From Octopus sinensis (Eukaryota): 64,000 nucleotides of DNA. The DNA lies in NCBI RefSeq assembly GCF_006345805.1, contig NC_043006.1, forward strand, positions 1,426,001-1,490,000, given 5' to 3'. Made by a program: the position numbers and the translations under genes. The notes under the pieces were generated by a model. It ran no database searches, had not been told where the DNA came from, and saw only the letters and a list, made by a program, of their open reading frames with translations. Within the stretch, counting starts at the first letter, position 1; every line of letters begins with the position of its first letter. This document shows positions 47,601 to 61,099 of this stretch, in pieces.

Positions 47601-48321
47601 AATGGAGAGTAGAAGAGGTGTAGAGTGCATTAAATCAATTCCGGTATAGTACTGGTATCTGCTTTAGCAATTTTGATGAGTGGGCCTCAAATCAACTATG
47701 CAGCTATTCGAACTCAGGCGACGAATTGGTAAGAGTCGTAAGAGCTTAGGACAAAAAGCTTTGCAATGGTGGTTGGTTTCGTTTCGTTCTGTGTTCGAAT
47801 TCCGCCAAGGCAACTTTCTGTCTGGGTCGATAAAATCAAGTGCCAGATTACTCTTCTAATGTCTTTAAGAAAAACATAATCAATAAATTATATTCCAGTC
47901 ATTCTTCGCTGCATTATTTGTACGTATTGTGCAGATCTGTTAAGACGATTTTCTTCCAGTTCCAATGTTTAATAAGGGGAGATAACTACAATATTGTTTT
48001 TAATTTGAGTTACTTCCCATTAATAACACAACTCCACCAATATTGAGTCAGGTTTAAGTTTCTACAAAGTTTTTCAATCAAGAATACTCGGCAATTGGAT
48101 CTTGTTATTTTTATTGATTCCCAATGAATTTAAGAGGAATTTCTGTATATTAGGCTTATTGCGCAGAAGGAACATTTTCACTAAGACCATCAAAGGCGGC
48201 TGGAATGAGAACGAAAGCATACTTCTAACTTGGAGAAGGATTATGAAAATGATTCAGAACTCTGTCTGAGAGCTGTGGGTTAATATAGTTCCCTGTTGCC
48301 CCCTTCAAATTTATAAAAGAA

Positions 48322-48705
48322 CTAGCAGTATCGCCTGGCGTTGCTCGGGTTTGTTTCAACCCTTTAGAATTGGAATTTTTGAAACGTAAAAATTTTCCAT
48401 TATGTAGCTTGTTATTCTCTTTAAGTGAACATTTTTCTGATTGAAATACACCGAAAAATGGTGACACAGCAGTTAAAAAATCGTAAAAAATAGGGATCTT
48501 CATAGAAAAAAAAGCACCTTTTTGATGTAAATAATTTTTGGTGTTAACATGGTCCGATTTGAATTTTTCCTTCTACGGAAAGAAGAGCAAGCCTTCTTCT
48601 ATCATACTCTCAATTTTGGTCAACTTGCACCGCAGGGTCTTGGAGGAGATAGCGTTAGTTGAAGGCTAACTTCCACAGACAACTTCAGTTTTATATATAT
48701 AGAGA
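48322..48705 (-). mobile_element. Non-autonomous Helitron, complete (384 bp)
   Basis: A|TC 5' end at 48705, 3' hairpin CCCGAGCAACGCCAGG, CTAG|T at 48322; the hairpin is nearly identical to the one at 16667. Confidence 0.9.
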
Positions 48706-48987
48706 TTTGAACATTGTGTAAAAAGGTTAACTTATACGATGTTCTTATTTCCTATACAGTGAACTGTAACAACTAAACACAAAACAAACCAGGTTTAAAA
48801 TGTCTACCAAGAAATGTTACAAATTTTATAGTAGATTTTATAGTCATAAAGAATTAGACGATGGTACTGACTTTTTCAAATATCTTTGAATATCTAAGTA
48901 ATTCATCTAAGATTAATAAAAGTAATTCTCTGACTTTATTAATCAGATAGATCCATCAAAAGATAATTAGATACATTTACTTTATTT

Positions 48988-49558
48988 TATTTCTTTATTG
49001 CCCACAGGGGGCTAAACATAGAGGGGACAAACAAGGACAGACAAAGGGATTAAGTCGATTACATCGACCTCAGTGCGTAACTGGTGCTTAATTTATCGAC
49101 CCCGGAAGGATGAAAGGCAAAGTTGAACTCGGTGGAATTTTAACTCAGAACGTAAAGACAGACGAAATACCTATTTCTTTATTACCCACAAGGGGCTAAA
49201 TACAGAGAGGACAAACAAGGACAGACAAACGAATTAAGTCGATTATATCGACCCCAGTGCGTAACTGGTGCTTAATTTATCGACCCCGGAAGGATGAAAG
49301 GCAAAGTTGAACTCGGTGGAATTTTAACTCAGAACGTAACGGCAGACGAAATATCTGTTTCTTTACTACCCACAAGGGGCTAAATACAGAGAGGATAAAC
49401 AAGGACAGACAAACGAATTAAGTCGATTATATCGACCCCAGTGCGTAACTGGTACTTAATTTACCGACCCCGAAAGGATGAAAGGCAAAGTCGACCTCAG
49501 CGGAATTTGAACTCGGAATATAACGGCACACAAAATACTGCTAAACATTTCGCCCAGC
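48988..49558 (-). mobile_element. Family B trimer, 184-bp period
   Basis: Units 48988-49171, 49172-49355, 49356-49539 plus a truncated head. Confidence 0.95.
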
Positions 49559-50528
49559 AAAACACTTGTCAAACTTTTTTGTCCTTGCTATTTCATGTAA
49601 TAAAATGCACTACATCATGACACCTATTTACAGCTTTAGTGATTAGATTAAGTTAATATTTAGGTTAATATGCCCCTTCCGAAGGAGGTAAAAGAAAACC
49701 CCCAGCATTGGGGCTCCCTTTAACTCAAAGAAGCCTTAAGCTAGGAGTCAGAAATTTTTAAAAATATATAATTAGTAATTTTTTTAACTTAATATTTTTT
49801 ATCCGACAGAATGCCTTTAAAATTATTGAGTGATCTTTTTTGTGTTATTGAAACCTTTTGGATTTAAAAAATCATTAAATTTAACACTGAGTCCTTCTGA
49901 AACTGCTGAGGCTCTTTTAAGTTTTGGAGCCTCTTCAAATTGTTTACACTCACCCCCACCCCTTCCAGATTTAATGGAGCCTTTTTATTTTATTTTATTA
50001 TTTTGTTGCAGTGATTCGAAACTTCAACCGCTAGATAACTCGTCAGATACAATGAGCGAACCATTTAGGCTTTATGTGATCTGTCTATTAAGCAAACCAA
50101 TCGGCATGAAATTGTTGCGGGATGTTATTTTCTAGAATGCTCTTCTTGTACCCTATAAAAAAAAACCACTTTTGACATTTTTTAATCACAAAAAATTTTC
50201 ATTCAATAAATAATGTTTTTACATTATATATACATTAATAAAATAAACTGTCGTTTTCCAAATACTGAATTAAAACTTAAAAGACAAAGTGAGAGACTTT
50301 GCAAATGAAAATAGAATACTCTGTAGCGAATGCAATGAATGTTTAAATTTGCAAGAAATTGGAGTTAAAAAATTCAATGAACTTGAGATTTTGAAATTAT
50401 AGAAATTTTCTTAGAACATGAATTTATAAAAAAAAATTTCCAGATGGTCAACCCTTTAATAATTGCTTTCTTTTAGTACTTTTAGTAAGTGTTACACACC
50501 TAATTAATAAGCAGCTTTCTCCATTATA

Positions 50529-50780
50529 CAGGATGTTCAAAAAGTCTCTCCGTAGTGAATTTTTTTTTTTAGGAGAGTCAACAAATGTATTTTAGAAAAG
50601 TCAACATTTTTTAGAAGAGTCAGCTTATGTATTGAAAATAAAGGACACTTTCAACACCTCTCATAAAGTTTTTTTAAAGTCTTGTAAAGTCTAATAGATT
50701 CTTTTGTAGTCTTATACCATCTTATAAATATTTATATTGCAATAAAATACTTACTGTGGAGAGACTTTTTGAACACCCTG
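50529..50780. mobile_element. Tc1/mariner MITE (252 bp)
   Basis: TA|CAGGATGTTCAAAAAGTCTCTCC ... GGAGAGACTTTTTGAACACCCTG|TA. Confidence 0.92.
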
Positions 50781-50794
50781 TAGTATAGATGGAT

Positions 50795-51190
50795 AGAAGC
50801 CTTTCTACTAGAGAGGCGTGAGGCCTGAAAGGGGTCTAGGCAATTACATTGACCCATGCCCCCCCCTCCCTGTTTCTTATTTAATTAACCCCAAATGGAT
50901 AAAAGGCAAAATCGAACTGAGAACGTAAAGGTGGGTGAAATGTTGCTGAGCATTCTGCCCAATGTGCTAACAATTCTTTCTGCTCTTGGCACAAGGCCTG
51001 AAATTTTAGGTGAAGGGTTAAGTCGATTACATCGACCCCAGTACTCAACTTGTACTTAATTTATCGACCCCGAAAGGATGAAAGGCAAAGCCAACCTAAG
51101 CTGAATTTGAACTCAGAACATAGCGAAGGGCAAAATACCGCTAAGCATTCCATCCAGAGTGCTGACGATTCTGCCAGCTCACGGCCTTAT
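50795..51190 (-). mobile_element. Two family B copies
   Basis: Degenerate core at about 50890 and a better core at 51065, each with tail 2. Confidence 0.82.
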
Positions 51191-51503
51191 CTCCATTACT
51201 AATAAGGATCATAACACATGTTTATGGCAAGCAAATCTTAAGTGGAAGTTGGATGAGTGAGACAAAGTCCAAAGGGCACAAATGGTCATTGTTTATCTCC
51301 TGTTGACATGATTAATTTCCTACTAATAAATTAAAGATTGTAAATAAAAGAACATATTTTATACTTACTAAAACAGTTTTATCTAAACTTTAAATATTTT
51401 TAGATGTACAGATTTTATCACTAGTTTTTTTTTTTTTTTGCAAGATCATATTTTTTGTGATACCTGTGCTGGTCACCAAAGAATTTGTCTTTTGTCATGG
51501 ACC

Positions 51504-51692
51504 TATTTCATTCATTAGACTGTGGCCATGCTGGGGCACAACTGAGGAGAATTTTTTTTTTTTATGTCAATTGAACTGACAGCAGTACTTTTCTTTTAAG
51601 ACTGGTACTTATTTTATCAGTCTCTTTTTACTAACCACTAAGTTATGGGGACATTAACACACCAGCACCAGTTGTCAAATGGTGGTGAGGAA

Positions 51693-51744
<52 letters not shown>

Positions 51745-51905
51745 ACACACATATATAGACAAGCTTCTTTTGGTTTCCATCTACCAAATCCATTCATAAG
51801 ACTTTAGTTGGCCCAAGGCTAAAGTAGAAAACACTTACCCAAGGTGCCACACAGTGGGACAGAACCTGGAGTCAGGTGGTTGGGAAGCCAGCCTCTTACC
51901 ACACA
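51504..51905 (-). mobile_element. Family A SINE, near full length
   Basis: Both halves present with a central (CA)n. Confidence 0.88.
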
Positions 51906-52039
51906 TTTTTGTTTCCAAGAGCTTCTCTCTTTTGTGGTAGCCATAATCATATGCCTCATAAGAATTACTCCATGGATTTGGTATGACATCCTGTGATTTA
52001 TTACTGTTGATCAGTCTGATGGCTTTTAATAGAATCTTT

Positions 52040-52690
52040 CCATGTTGTCATCATTTCATGGCATGGGTCGGATGGTTCAACTGGATCTGACAAATCAAAG
52101 GATAGCGTTGAGCCCCAAAATCTACTTTGATATGGTTTCCTCACTGGATGTCCTCTCTAGTGTCATCCATTTTACAGAGTGCTTTGGGCCTTTTTTCTTT
52201 TCTTGTGGTACCAGTCGAGACCCCTTGACTTAGTAGGGGTGTATAGTATCGAGGAAGACAGTTTTGTATGATAGAGGGACAAGAACAGATGTCTTGCTGT
52301 AGAGGTACATAGCTACCCCCAGCTGAAGAGGGGGAAATAATTAGTGGATAAGTAGGCTCACAAGAGTCTGAAAGGAAAGCGAGAAAGGGTTAGACATAGG
52401 AGCAGAGGTGGATGCAGTGAATGAGGAATACTAGTGGGGGTGCGGTCGGTGGAGAGTCTCAGTTGGTCGGGGTGGGGGGTAAAGGTAAATAGGAATGGAT
52501 CAAGGAGGAGGAGGAGGTGATAATGGAAAGGGTGGAGAGCAACAGTGTTATATAAGCCATGGATAGGTGAGAAATAGGGGGATGATGTTAAGAGTGGGTT
52601 AGAGTCAGGGAAGCACAGTGACAGAGATGCAAATCAGAGGTATGCAAGGGTGGATATAGTGAGGGACAAACAAAGGGGTCCAAGGTTATA
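52040..52690 (-). mobile_element. Degenerate RTE-type 3' UTR followed by purine-rich repeat-like sequence
   Basis: catggcatgggtcggatggtt..ctggatgtcctc resembles the 4630-4750 and 58260-58400 tails; the remainder is unassigned. Confidence 0.45.
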
Positions 52691-53013
52691 ACTCTTGTGC
52701 AATATTTAATTCAGTTGAGAGACCACGCCTTATGATATCTCTTTTTCACTTCATGTTTTTTTGTAATCTCAGTTTACAAAACTTAACATTCTAATCTTTA
52801 TTTTTAGGTGGTGTATGTTTTATGCACTTAAAAACCAGCATGTGTCATTGACACTCGAAGCTGTTCATAGTTGCAGTAAACAACTGAATGTGGGTGGGGT
52901 GAGGTTAGGGTAAGGGTGGCTGGGTGAGTTCATGTGCGTCTATTTTTTGCGTCATTCATTTTCAAACTTACATTAATGTTCAGAGTATTACTTTTACTAT
53001 TAAAAATGGGTTC

Positions 53014-53720
53014 TCATCATCATCATCATCATCATCATCGTTTAAAGTCCGTTTTCCATCCTAGCATGGAAAACGGACTTTAAACTAGCATGGGTTGGAC
53101 AGTTTGACTGGGGTCTGGGAAGCCAGAAGGCTGCACCAGGTAGTGTTTCTACAGCTGGATGCCTTTCCTAGCGCCAACAACTCTGTAAGTGTAGTGGGTG
53201 CTTATTCTCCTGATTTTGCCCCATCTCACCACCATCTGTTCCCCAACATGAATAAACACTTAGCTGGGAACCAGTATCACAGTGATGATGGCATCATATC
53301 TGCTGTTCATGACTTTGCTTGGCCAACAGAATGAAAGCTTCTTCACCAATGGGATCCAAGCAGTGCAACACCAATGGAAGAACATTGGCAAATTTTTTCT
53401 TATCTGCTTCTCTTCTGGCTAAGTACACTTGTCTCCTAGCTTCCCTTCTGGTGATCTGATACAGTTCCCTGCTACCATCGTTCTTCCAGTCCTTCCATGC
53501 CTGTTTATTTTCCCTAATGGCCCTGTCAACTGCATTGTTCCGACACCACATTACCTTGGGGTGAGAGGGGACTTTGCACCATCCACAGATCTGGTCAGTG
53601 GCCCTCAACAGGTAATACATCTCTAAATCTCTGTCCATTCACAGGACCCTTAAGCTTCCAGACCCCTCATTTCGATGCTGGCTGTCTTCTGGGCATCCAT
53701 ATAGCCCTGATCCAAAACTT
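53014..53720 (-). mobile_element. Composite of an RTE 3' tail (53014-53197), a mariner C-terminal fragment (53198-53386, plus strand) and an RTE ORF2 linker fragment (53386-53720)
   Basis: AYSPDFAPSHHHLFPNM (mariner YSPDLAP motif); NAVDRAIRENKQAWKDWK..ARRQVYLARR (RTE). Confidence 0.85.
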
Positions 53721-53739
53721 GAAATAAAACTGAATACTG

Positions 53740-55153
53740 ACAGACAGACAGACAGACAGAGAGAATACATACATACATGCATACATACATACACACACAC
53801 ATACATGCATGCATACATACATGCATGCATGCACGCACGCGCGCGCGCGCGCACACACACACACATACATACATACATACATACATACATACATACATAC
53901 ATACATACAACATACATACATACATACATACATACATACATACATAATACATACATACATACATACATACATACATACATACATAATACATACATACATT
54001 ACATACATACATACACATACATACATACAACATACATACATAATACATACATACATACATACATTATACATACATACATACATACATACATTACATACTA
54101 CATACATACATACATACTACATACATACATACATAATACATACATACATACATACATACATACCTACATACATACATACTACATACATACATACATACAT
54201 ACATACATACATACATACATACATACATACATACATACATACATACATACATACATACATACATACATACATACATACATACATACATACATACACATAC
54301 ATACATACATACATACATACATTACATACATACATAATACATACATAACATACATACATACATACATACATACATACATACATACAATACATACATACAT
54401 ACATACATACCACATACATACATACTACATACATACATAATACATACATACATACCATACATACATAATACATACATAATACATACATACTAATACATAC
54501 ATACATACATACATACTACATACATACATACATACATAATACATACATACATACCTACATACATACATACATACATACATTACATACATACATTACATAC
54601 ATACAATACATACATACATACATCCATACATACATACATACATACATACATACATACATACATACATACATACATCATACATACATACATACACACATAC
54701 ATACATACTACATACATACATACACATACATACATACATCCATACATACATACATACATACATACATACAACATACATACATACATTACATACATACATA
54801 CAGACATACATACATACATACATACATACATACATACATACCATACATACATACATACATACATACATACATACATACATACATACAACATACATACATA
54901 CACATACATACATACATACACTACATACATACATACATACATACACATACATACATACTACTACATACATACATACATACATAATACATACATACATACA
55001 TACATACATACATACATACATACATACATACATACATACATACATACATACATACATACATACATACATACATACATACCATACATACATATACATACAT
55101 ACATACATACATATACATACATACATACATACATACATACATACATACATACA
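53740..55153. repeat. About 1.4-kb (ATAC)n array
   Basis: Directly visible, with frequent 1-2 bp interruptions. Confidence 0.98.
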
Positions 55154-55199
55154 TGGGGTTTGAGCTAAATTTGGTGATTTTTATGTCTTCTCTTTTCAG

Positions 55200-55520
55200 C
55201 AACAGCTGGAGCGCTATATGTGTGGCTGAAGGATTTGATTCCTTGTCATATTTCCAGGAAATATCACAAGTGTTTGTTGGAGAGTGTCTATGACTTCGAC
55301 AGCCCTAATTTTTGGCCTCTTAATTCCCTTAATTGTAACCCATTGGGTGTTGAAATTTGTGTAGGGTCCAGTTTGGAAAGACAACTGCTCTGCCTGCAAC
55401 ACCAAGGCCCAGCTAGTGACCAAGATCAAGGGGGTGTTCGAAGATCTTTCCAGAGACTCAGTGAGGAATGCACGTGCCTAGTTCCAGAGCTGTTTTGAGG
55501 CCGTGGGGAAAGCTGAGTGT
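55200..55520 (+). mobile_element. Second maT/Tc1-like transposase C-terminal fragment
   Basis: KDLIPCHISRK..PNFWPLNSLNCNPL..ggctactttgag; homologous to 7890-8172. Confidence 0.8.
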
Positions 55521-55844
55521 GGCTACTTTGAGCAAACTGTTATCTTCTAGCCATAATCTAGTTGATGTTTTTTGATTTTTTAAAAATACTTTTATTTTCG
55601 GATGGGATATCATTTCCTTTTATGCAAACGGCCAAATTTATCCCAAACATTCTGTATTTAGATTACTGTGTGTGTGTATGTGTGTGTGTGTTCTTTTGTG
55701 TATATTTACATACAGCTCTTTCCTTTACTGCAAATGTCATCAAAAAATGTTACCCGATCGTATAAATATTAAAATCTGACTTCAATAAGATGCAGCAACC
55801 AAGAAAATAGTCCAAATCATCAATCTTTTTGTCGCTTTGTGCAG

Positions 55845-56068
55845 ACATGGCTATAGGTGTTAGCATGGTTGTATAGTAAAAAGCTTGCTTCGCAACCGTA
55901 TGGTCTTGGGTTCAGTCTCACTGCTTGGTACCTTGGGCAAGTGTCTTCTACTGTAGCCCCAAGTCAACCAAAACTTTCCATTTAATTCATGCCAGTATGG
56001 AAAAATGGATGTTAAACATTGATGATGATGATGATGATGATGACGATGATGACGATGATGACGACGAC

Positions 56069-56100
<32 letters not shown>

Positions 56101-56213
56101 CGACGATGATGATGATGACGATGATGATGATGATGATGATGATAATGATGATGATGATAATGACGACGACGACGACGATGATGATGATGATGATGATGAC
56201 GACGATGACGGAC

Positions 56214-56264
<51 letters not shown>

Positions 56265-56300
56265 AATGATGATGATGATGATGATGATGACGATGACGAT
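55845..56300 (+). mobile_element. Family A head joined to an RTE-type 3' tail with expanded (GAT/GAC)n
   Basis: ccttgggcaagtgtcttctactgtagcc then gccagtatggaaaaatggatgttaaac-(gat)n at 56021-56300. Confidence 0.8.
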
Positions 56301-57339
56301 TTCAGTCTTATCTTAGAGTATATGCTAACTATAGTCCATGAGGAGCAGCTTTCACTTAGAATGTAAGTATTAGTTGAAAGTACATTTTAATAAATATTTC
56401 GTTTGCTGTGAACCAGTTCTAGGCAGAACGGGGCAAAGGAATAAACAAAAGAAAGCAATCTAGACTTTCTGTAAGAGTACAAACAAGGCTTGTAACAGTT
56501 TCGAAAAGGTCAGGGTAATTACTGAAATGTGAAAGAGAAGGCGGAGACTCAAGAAGGAAAATGGGTGTGTATAGTGTGCCACATGGATGCTTTAACAGAT
56601 GGGTGGGGATGATGAAATAAGTGTTTCTGGTGTCTATTTCATTTTTTGGCAGTATAGAGTGTTAATGTTTAACTGTCAGAAGAAAAAAACTCAACGAAAG
56701 CAAAGAAAACAACATGTTAAAAAACTCATTGCAAAGTATTTATGTGAAACTTGATGGGAGTAAAGATTAAAATGTGTCAAAGCTATTAAATAGAGTATTA
56801 TAAGAACCCCAAAGCTCTTTATTAACTACAATGTGACACAAATTCTTGCAGCTAGTACATCACAGAAGTACTAAATTTATACTAAATGCAAACGTGTTGT
56901 GGTGGAATCCAAACACCCCCATCAATGAATGAATGAATGGTTCTGAAATGTATAAATACACATGCGTGCTGGAGATAGGGGCAGAGTGCCACACCCTTTT
57001 TTTGTGTTTTGGTAGCAGGTTGGTGAATTTGCAGTGGATTTTTTGTGTACAATATTATTGTTAATATTGAACCTTTGTTGTTGAATTTGAAAACTTGTTA
57101 TTTACGGACTTTGTTGACAAATTGTTTGCCCCACCCCTACGGGGATTACTATTGTGTTTTATTGCTTTTGTGAAGTGTTGTATTGTTGTGACCATGGAGG
57201 CCAATATCAATGGAGAAAAAGAAATTACACAAAAGTTACCAATGTAGTAGCGTCCAGTCCATAAATGTTAACGTGACCAGAATGGATTACCAGGCATGTT
57301 ACAGTATGCTCACAGTGGAGGGGGGAGAGGTTCACATCT

Positions 57340-58200
57340 CCCCACCAAGTGAAGTAACCAATCAAAGAGACAACAGGACCATCGACTATAAAATTCAGTT
57401 CGAGCCATGCAGTGAGGGTAGTGTCACAGTCCCTCTGTGCCTGAGCAGCCTGCTGAGTGTTGCCTTTGTGAAAGTAAACCCTTTGCTGGTCTTCAAGCTG
57501 TACTGCAAGTCTGTAGACAGTGTGAGACGTGTCATGTAGCTTGAACTCTGACCGTCTCCACATAGCTTCCGGAGGAGAAACATATCGGCAAGCAAGATAA
57601 TTGGTGATTTCATCGTGAGCTTAATTCTGCTAACGATCTGCTGCTGCTGGGTTGTCTCTTACTTCAACAGAAGCATAGTCATGTCCCTTGTACATGTACT
57701 TAAAGAGATATTTAATGCTTTTCCCGGATGAACAAATTTCAACATTAAAGTGAGCTCTGTACTTTTTCAGCAGAGAGGCCATGTGCGGCACAACATTCCT
57801 GATGTCAACTGAGTGACATCCAACTTGAACTGCGACTCCAGTATTGCGTATTCTCTACTCTGGATAGCCATTCAAATTCAGAAGCATTTCATCTCTGTGG
57901 TTCTTAGGGAATTTCTTTTAGCATGAGCCATTTCCCATGCAAGAGGAAGAAGGACCATGTATCATGCATTTTTTTTACTAAATCATGCAAGACTGGATCA
58001 TCATTGGCATCAGGAATTTCAGCTGACATGATCCTATCTAGGTCATCGCTGTTTCTGAGTTTGTCCTCATTTCTCAACACTACCAACATGTGGCAATGGG
58101 GAAGACCTCTCTTCTGAAACTCAATGACATGGATATGGCCCAGCCATACAACAGGTTGTACTGAATTCCATGATACCAGTAGAACCCATGAGAGACTTCA
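57340..58200 (-). mobile_element. Helitron Rep-domain fragment
   Basis: HVIEFQKRGLPHCHML (HUH motif), DRIMSAEIPD..DPVLHDLVKK, WR..EFKLHDTSHTVYRLAVQLEDQQRVYF. Confidence 0.93.
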
Positions 58201-58214
58201 CATGTGACCTGACA

Positions 58215-58216
58215 TA

Positions 58217-58255
<39 letters not shown>

Positions 58256-58500
58256 TCAACGTCCGCTTTCCATGCTAGCATGGGTTGGACAATTTGACTG
58301 AGGACTGGCAAACCAGATGGCTGCGCCAGGATCCAATCTGATCTGGCAGAGTCTCTACAGCTGGATGCCCTTCCTAACGCCAACCACTCCGAGAGTGTAG
58401 TGGGTGCTTTTATGTGCTACCGGCACAAGGGCTAGTCTGGCAGTACTGGCAATGGCCACACTCGAAAATGTTTTTTTTTTTACGTGCCACCTGCACAGGA
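58215..58500 (-). mobile_element. RTE 3' tail with (ATG)n
   Basis: (cat)n tcaacgtccgctttccatgctagcatgggttggac...ctggatgcccttcctaacgccaaccac. Confidence 0.9.
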
Positions 58501-59588
58501 ATACATACATAATATATACATGCATACATACATACATACATACATACATACATACATACATGGTGACTGCCCCCTCGTTATCGAGTATGGCCATTGCACA
58601 AAACTTAATCAATGTTGTTATTGTGCAATGCCTGTGCAAGAAGATTTTTTTTAAAGTGAGGAAAGGCTGTGCACTGAGTCAATCCCACTCACTAAGCAAC
58701 AGCAGCCATAATCTGAAAAGAAGAGCAAGTCAACATCATCGGTAACCACTGAGCCGCAGGTTTTATGACGGAGTTATCCCAGTTACCTGAGTTACCTTCT
58801 CCTAGAAGGATGCCCTAACAAAGGCTAGGAGTCCTCCACTCCCAATGGTTTAACTGCGCGATCGGGTATTCAGTCCGATTATTTCTATGTCCCCGTGCAT
58901 GAGACAGCCTTAAGACATATATTGGATGGCCGTTGACTCTCAAGAGTTCCTCTGCCTTTTGACGGGTTTTGTTTTTCATCCCGCAGGGTGTCCAATAAAC
59001 ACCCTCCTCACCAAGCATACATACATACATACATGCATGCATGCATACATGCATACATACATACATACATACATACATACATACTTACATACATACATAC
59101 ATACTTACATACATACATACATACATACACGCGCGCGCACGCGCACACGCAGTTACTTCGTTTTCTCTTTTGTTGATATGGAGATTAATTTTCTTTGGAA
59201 CTAATGAATTTTCTTCTCACCGCGATTATAATTTCAATTAATTAAAAATTATCTTCGGTTTCCCACATTTAATTATAGTACTCTGCATTCAACTATAATG
59301 GCGTGATAGGTCGAGTGACCGCTTTGTGTGGAGAGAGAGAGGGGGGGGCAAGCAGGGAGAGAGGAGGCGGCAGCTGAAAAACTGAGTCGGGGACAAAGTG
59401 GAACAGTGAAAAAGAGGATAAAGGAAAAACTAGTTTGGCAAACATGGGTAAAAAGTAGGTTTCTTATCGTCAGGCATGTCACTTGTTCAGTGATATCGCT
59501 ATCTCTTTATTTAAGCCCCCCGTCTGTGATCGAGCAGTTTAGTCTTAGCTTAATCAGCCAGTGGTGCTGAGATCTATAGTTAACAGCC

Positions 59589-59658
59589 ATGGCAGTACAT
59601 TTTCGTTCCCTGACGCTGGACAATGAGACGAAATCACCAGTAGAAACTTCAGTCACAG
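59589..59658 (+). CDS. Candidate first coding exon, unidentified
   Basis: GCCATGG Kozak context, MAVHFRSLTLDNETKSPVETSVT, possible donor CAG|GTGAAA, GC/GA-rich upstream region. Confidence 0.25.
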
Positions 59659-59714
59659 GTGAAAGCATCTTCGTTATTTCCAGTATTATATTTCTCTGTC
59701 ACCCTGTTCCTCCT

Positions 59715-59745
59715 CCTATATATATATATATAAATATATATAAAT

Positions 59746-59779
<34 letters not shown>

Positions 59780-59848
59780 ATATATAAATATATATAAATT
59801 ATATATATACATATATATAAATTATATATATACATATATATAATTATA

Positions 59849-59882
<34 letters not shown>

Positions 59883-59908
59883 CATATATATAAATTATAT
59901 ATATATAT
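59715..59908. repeat. (TA)n compound microsatellite
   Basis: Directly visible. Confidence 0.97.
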
Positions 59909-61099
59909 CGCACTGTGGTTACCCAATTAGTAGACAAAACATCCCTCCAGAAGTCACATTGGTAGACTCCTAGAAGGAGGTTTTGTTTGCTAATTGCATC
60001 AATCAAGTTAGTCCATTCTATGTTTTTCAGTTCACTCTACGGCATACTTTAATCTCTCAATATTATTCTACTCTTTACGTATTGATTTCAAACATTGAAT
60101 TCTTAATAATAATGATTTCTTAAATTAACAGTACACGGCCACAATTTTGTCGGGGGAACAATCGATAATTAGTAAAATCATCGGGATCGATAGAATAGAA
60201 ATGCCAATCACATGCTGGAGTCGATATATACATTGACACTTGTTCCAATGTCAGAAGTCAGTTACAAGTGTTGTCACTTTCTAACAACAACGAAGAAACC
60301 TCTTCGCGGTCTCACGACACGCTAGTAATAACAGCGAAATCTAATTAAAAATAAAGAATATATTGTTCGATGTGGTCCTAAGTATACAAACTGGTGTGAT
60401 GGTCGTGACTGGAATGCCTACCTTTGATTGTAAGTCTGTGGTGTCAGTTTTAAACCACGTAAACAATAACATGATTCACCCCAGACACAACATTTTATTG
60501 CGCAAAAATACTTTATCGTTTATGAAAAAATTTCTTTGCGATAGAATTAGAAATATTTTTGTAATTAATTAAAAGTAATCAATGACAAGCACTTGCGTCG
60601 TAATTGTTGTTTATTCCCGAATCAGATCTAATCGATTAAGTCCCATGGTCAAAGCTGTCCCAGCAATGACATTCCCATGTTCCCATTGAGGCAATACAGA
60701 GAACCACATTAATTAATGTCCTTCCTTCGAAAACGTATAGGAGTGTGATTTCAAGGGAATTTGATTACTATTTCTAGTAAGCTTAACCACCACGTAGAGG
60801 AGAATTTCGTTGTTTTGTTTGATATGAGCATCTGTCTGTTTCCGTTAATAAAAATGACTCATAGGCAATGAATGATGTGAAACAAGTCATTAATCATTCT
60901 ATACAGACACGTATTTAATGTGACAGCTGTTGGATCTGAATTAGATGAAGCAATGGCTTTCAACCATTATCTATGGAATCTTTTACTGTTTACTGTTTCG
61001 TTCTGGTGGCCCGCCATAGCCATTCCTTGTTTAAAAACTAGTTTTATAGAAACTTCTTTCGAAATTCCTGTTTTGCTTTTCACCTGTAGTGATATTACA

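Noticed and set aside
49172-49355. Known ribozyme within the family B unit, which would make it a retrozyme
   Set aside because: No CUGANGA core on either strand. Only small hairpins (CC-GAAA-GG, GTCGAT-nnn-ATCGAC, CCC-TTGT-GGG) were seen, and I could not fit an HDV, twister or pistol fold by eye.
48988-49558. Regularly spaced repeats resembling a CRISPR array
   Set aside because: The units are contiguous 184-bp SINE segments with no unique spacers, in eukaryotic DNA with no cas genes.
53639-55202. Many long ORFs (MYVCMYV..., HTYIHTY...)
   Set aside because: They are translations of the (ATAC)n array; stop-free frames are an arithmetic consequence of the repeat.
55925-56366. Poly-Asp and poly-Met ORFs
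   Set aside because: This is the expanded (GAT/GAC)n tail of an RTE-type end, not an acidic protein.
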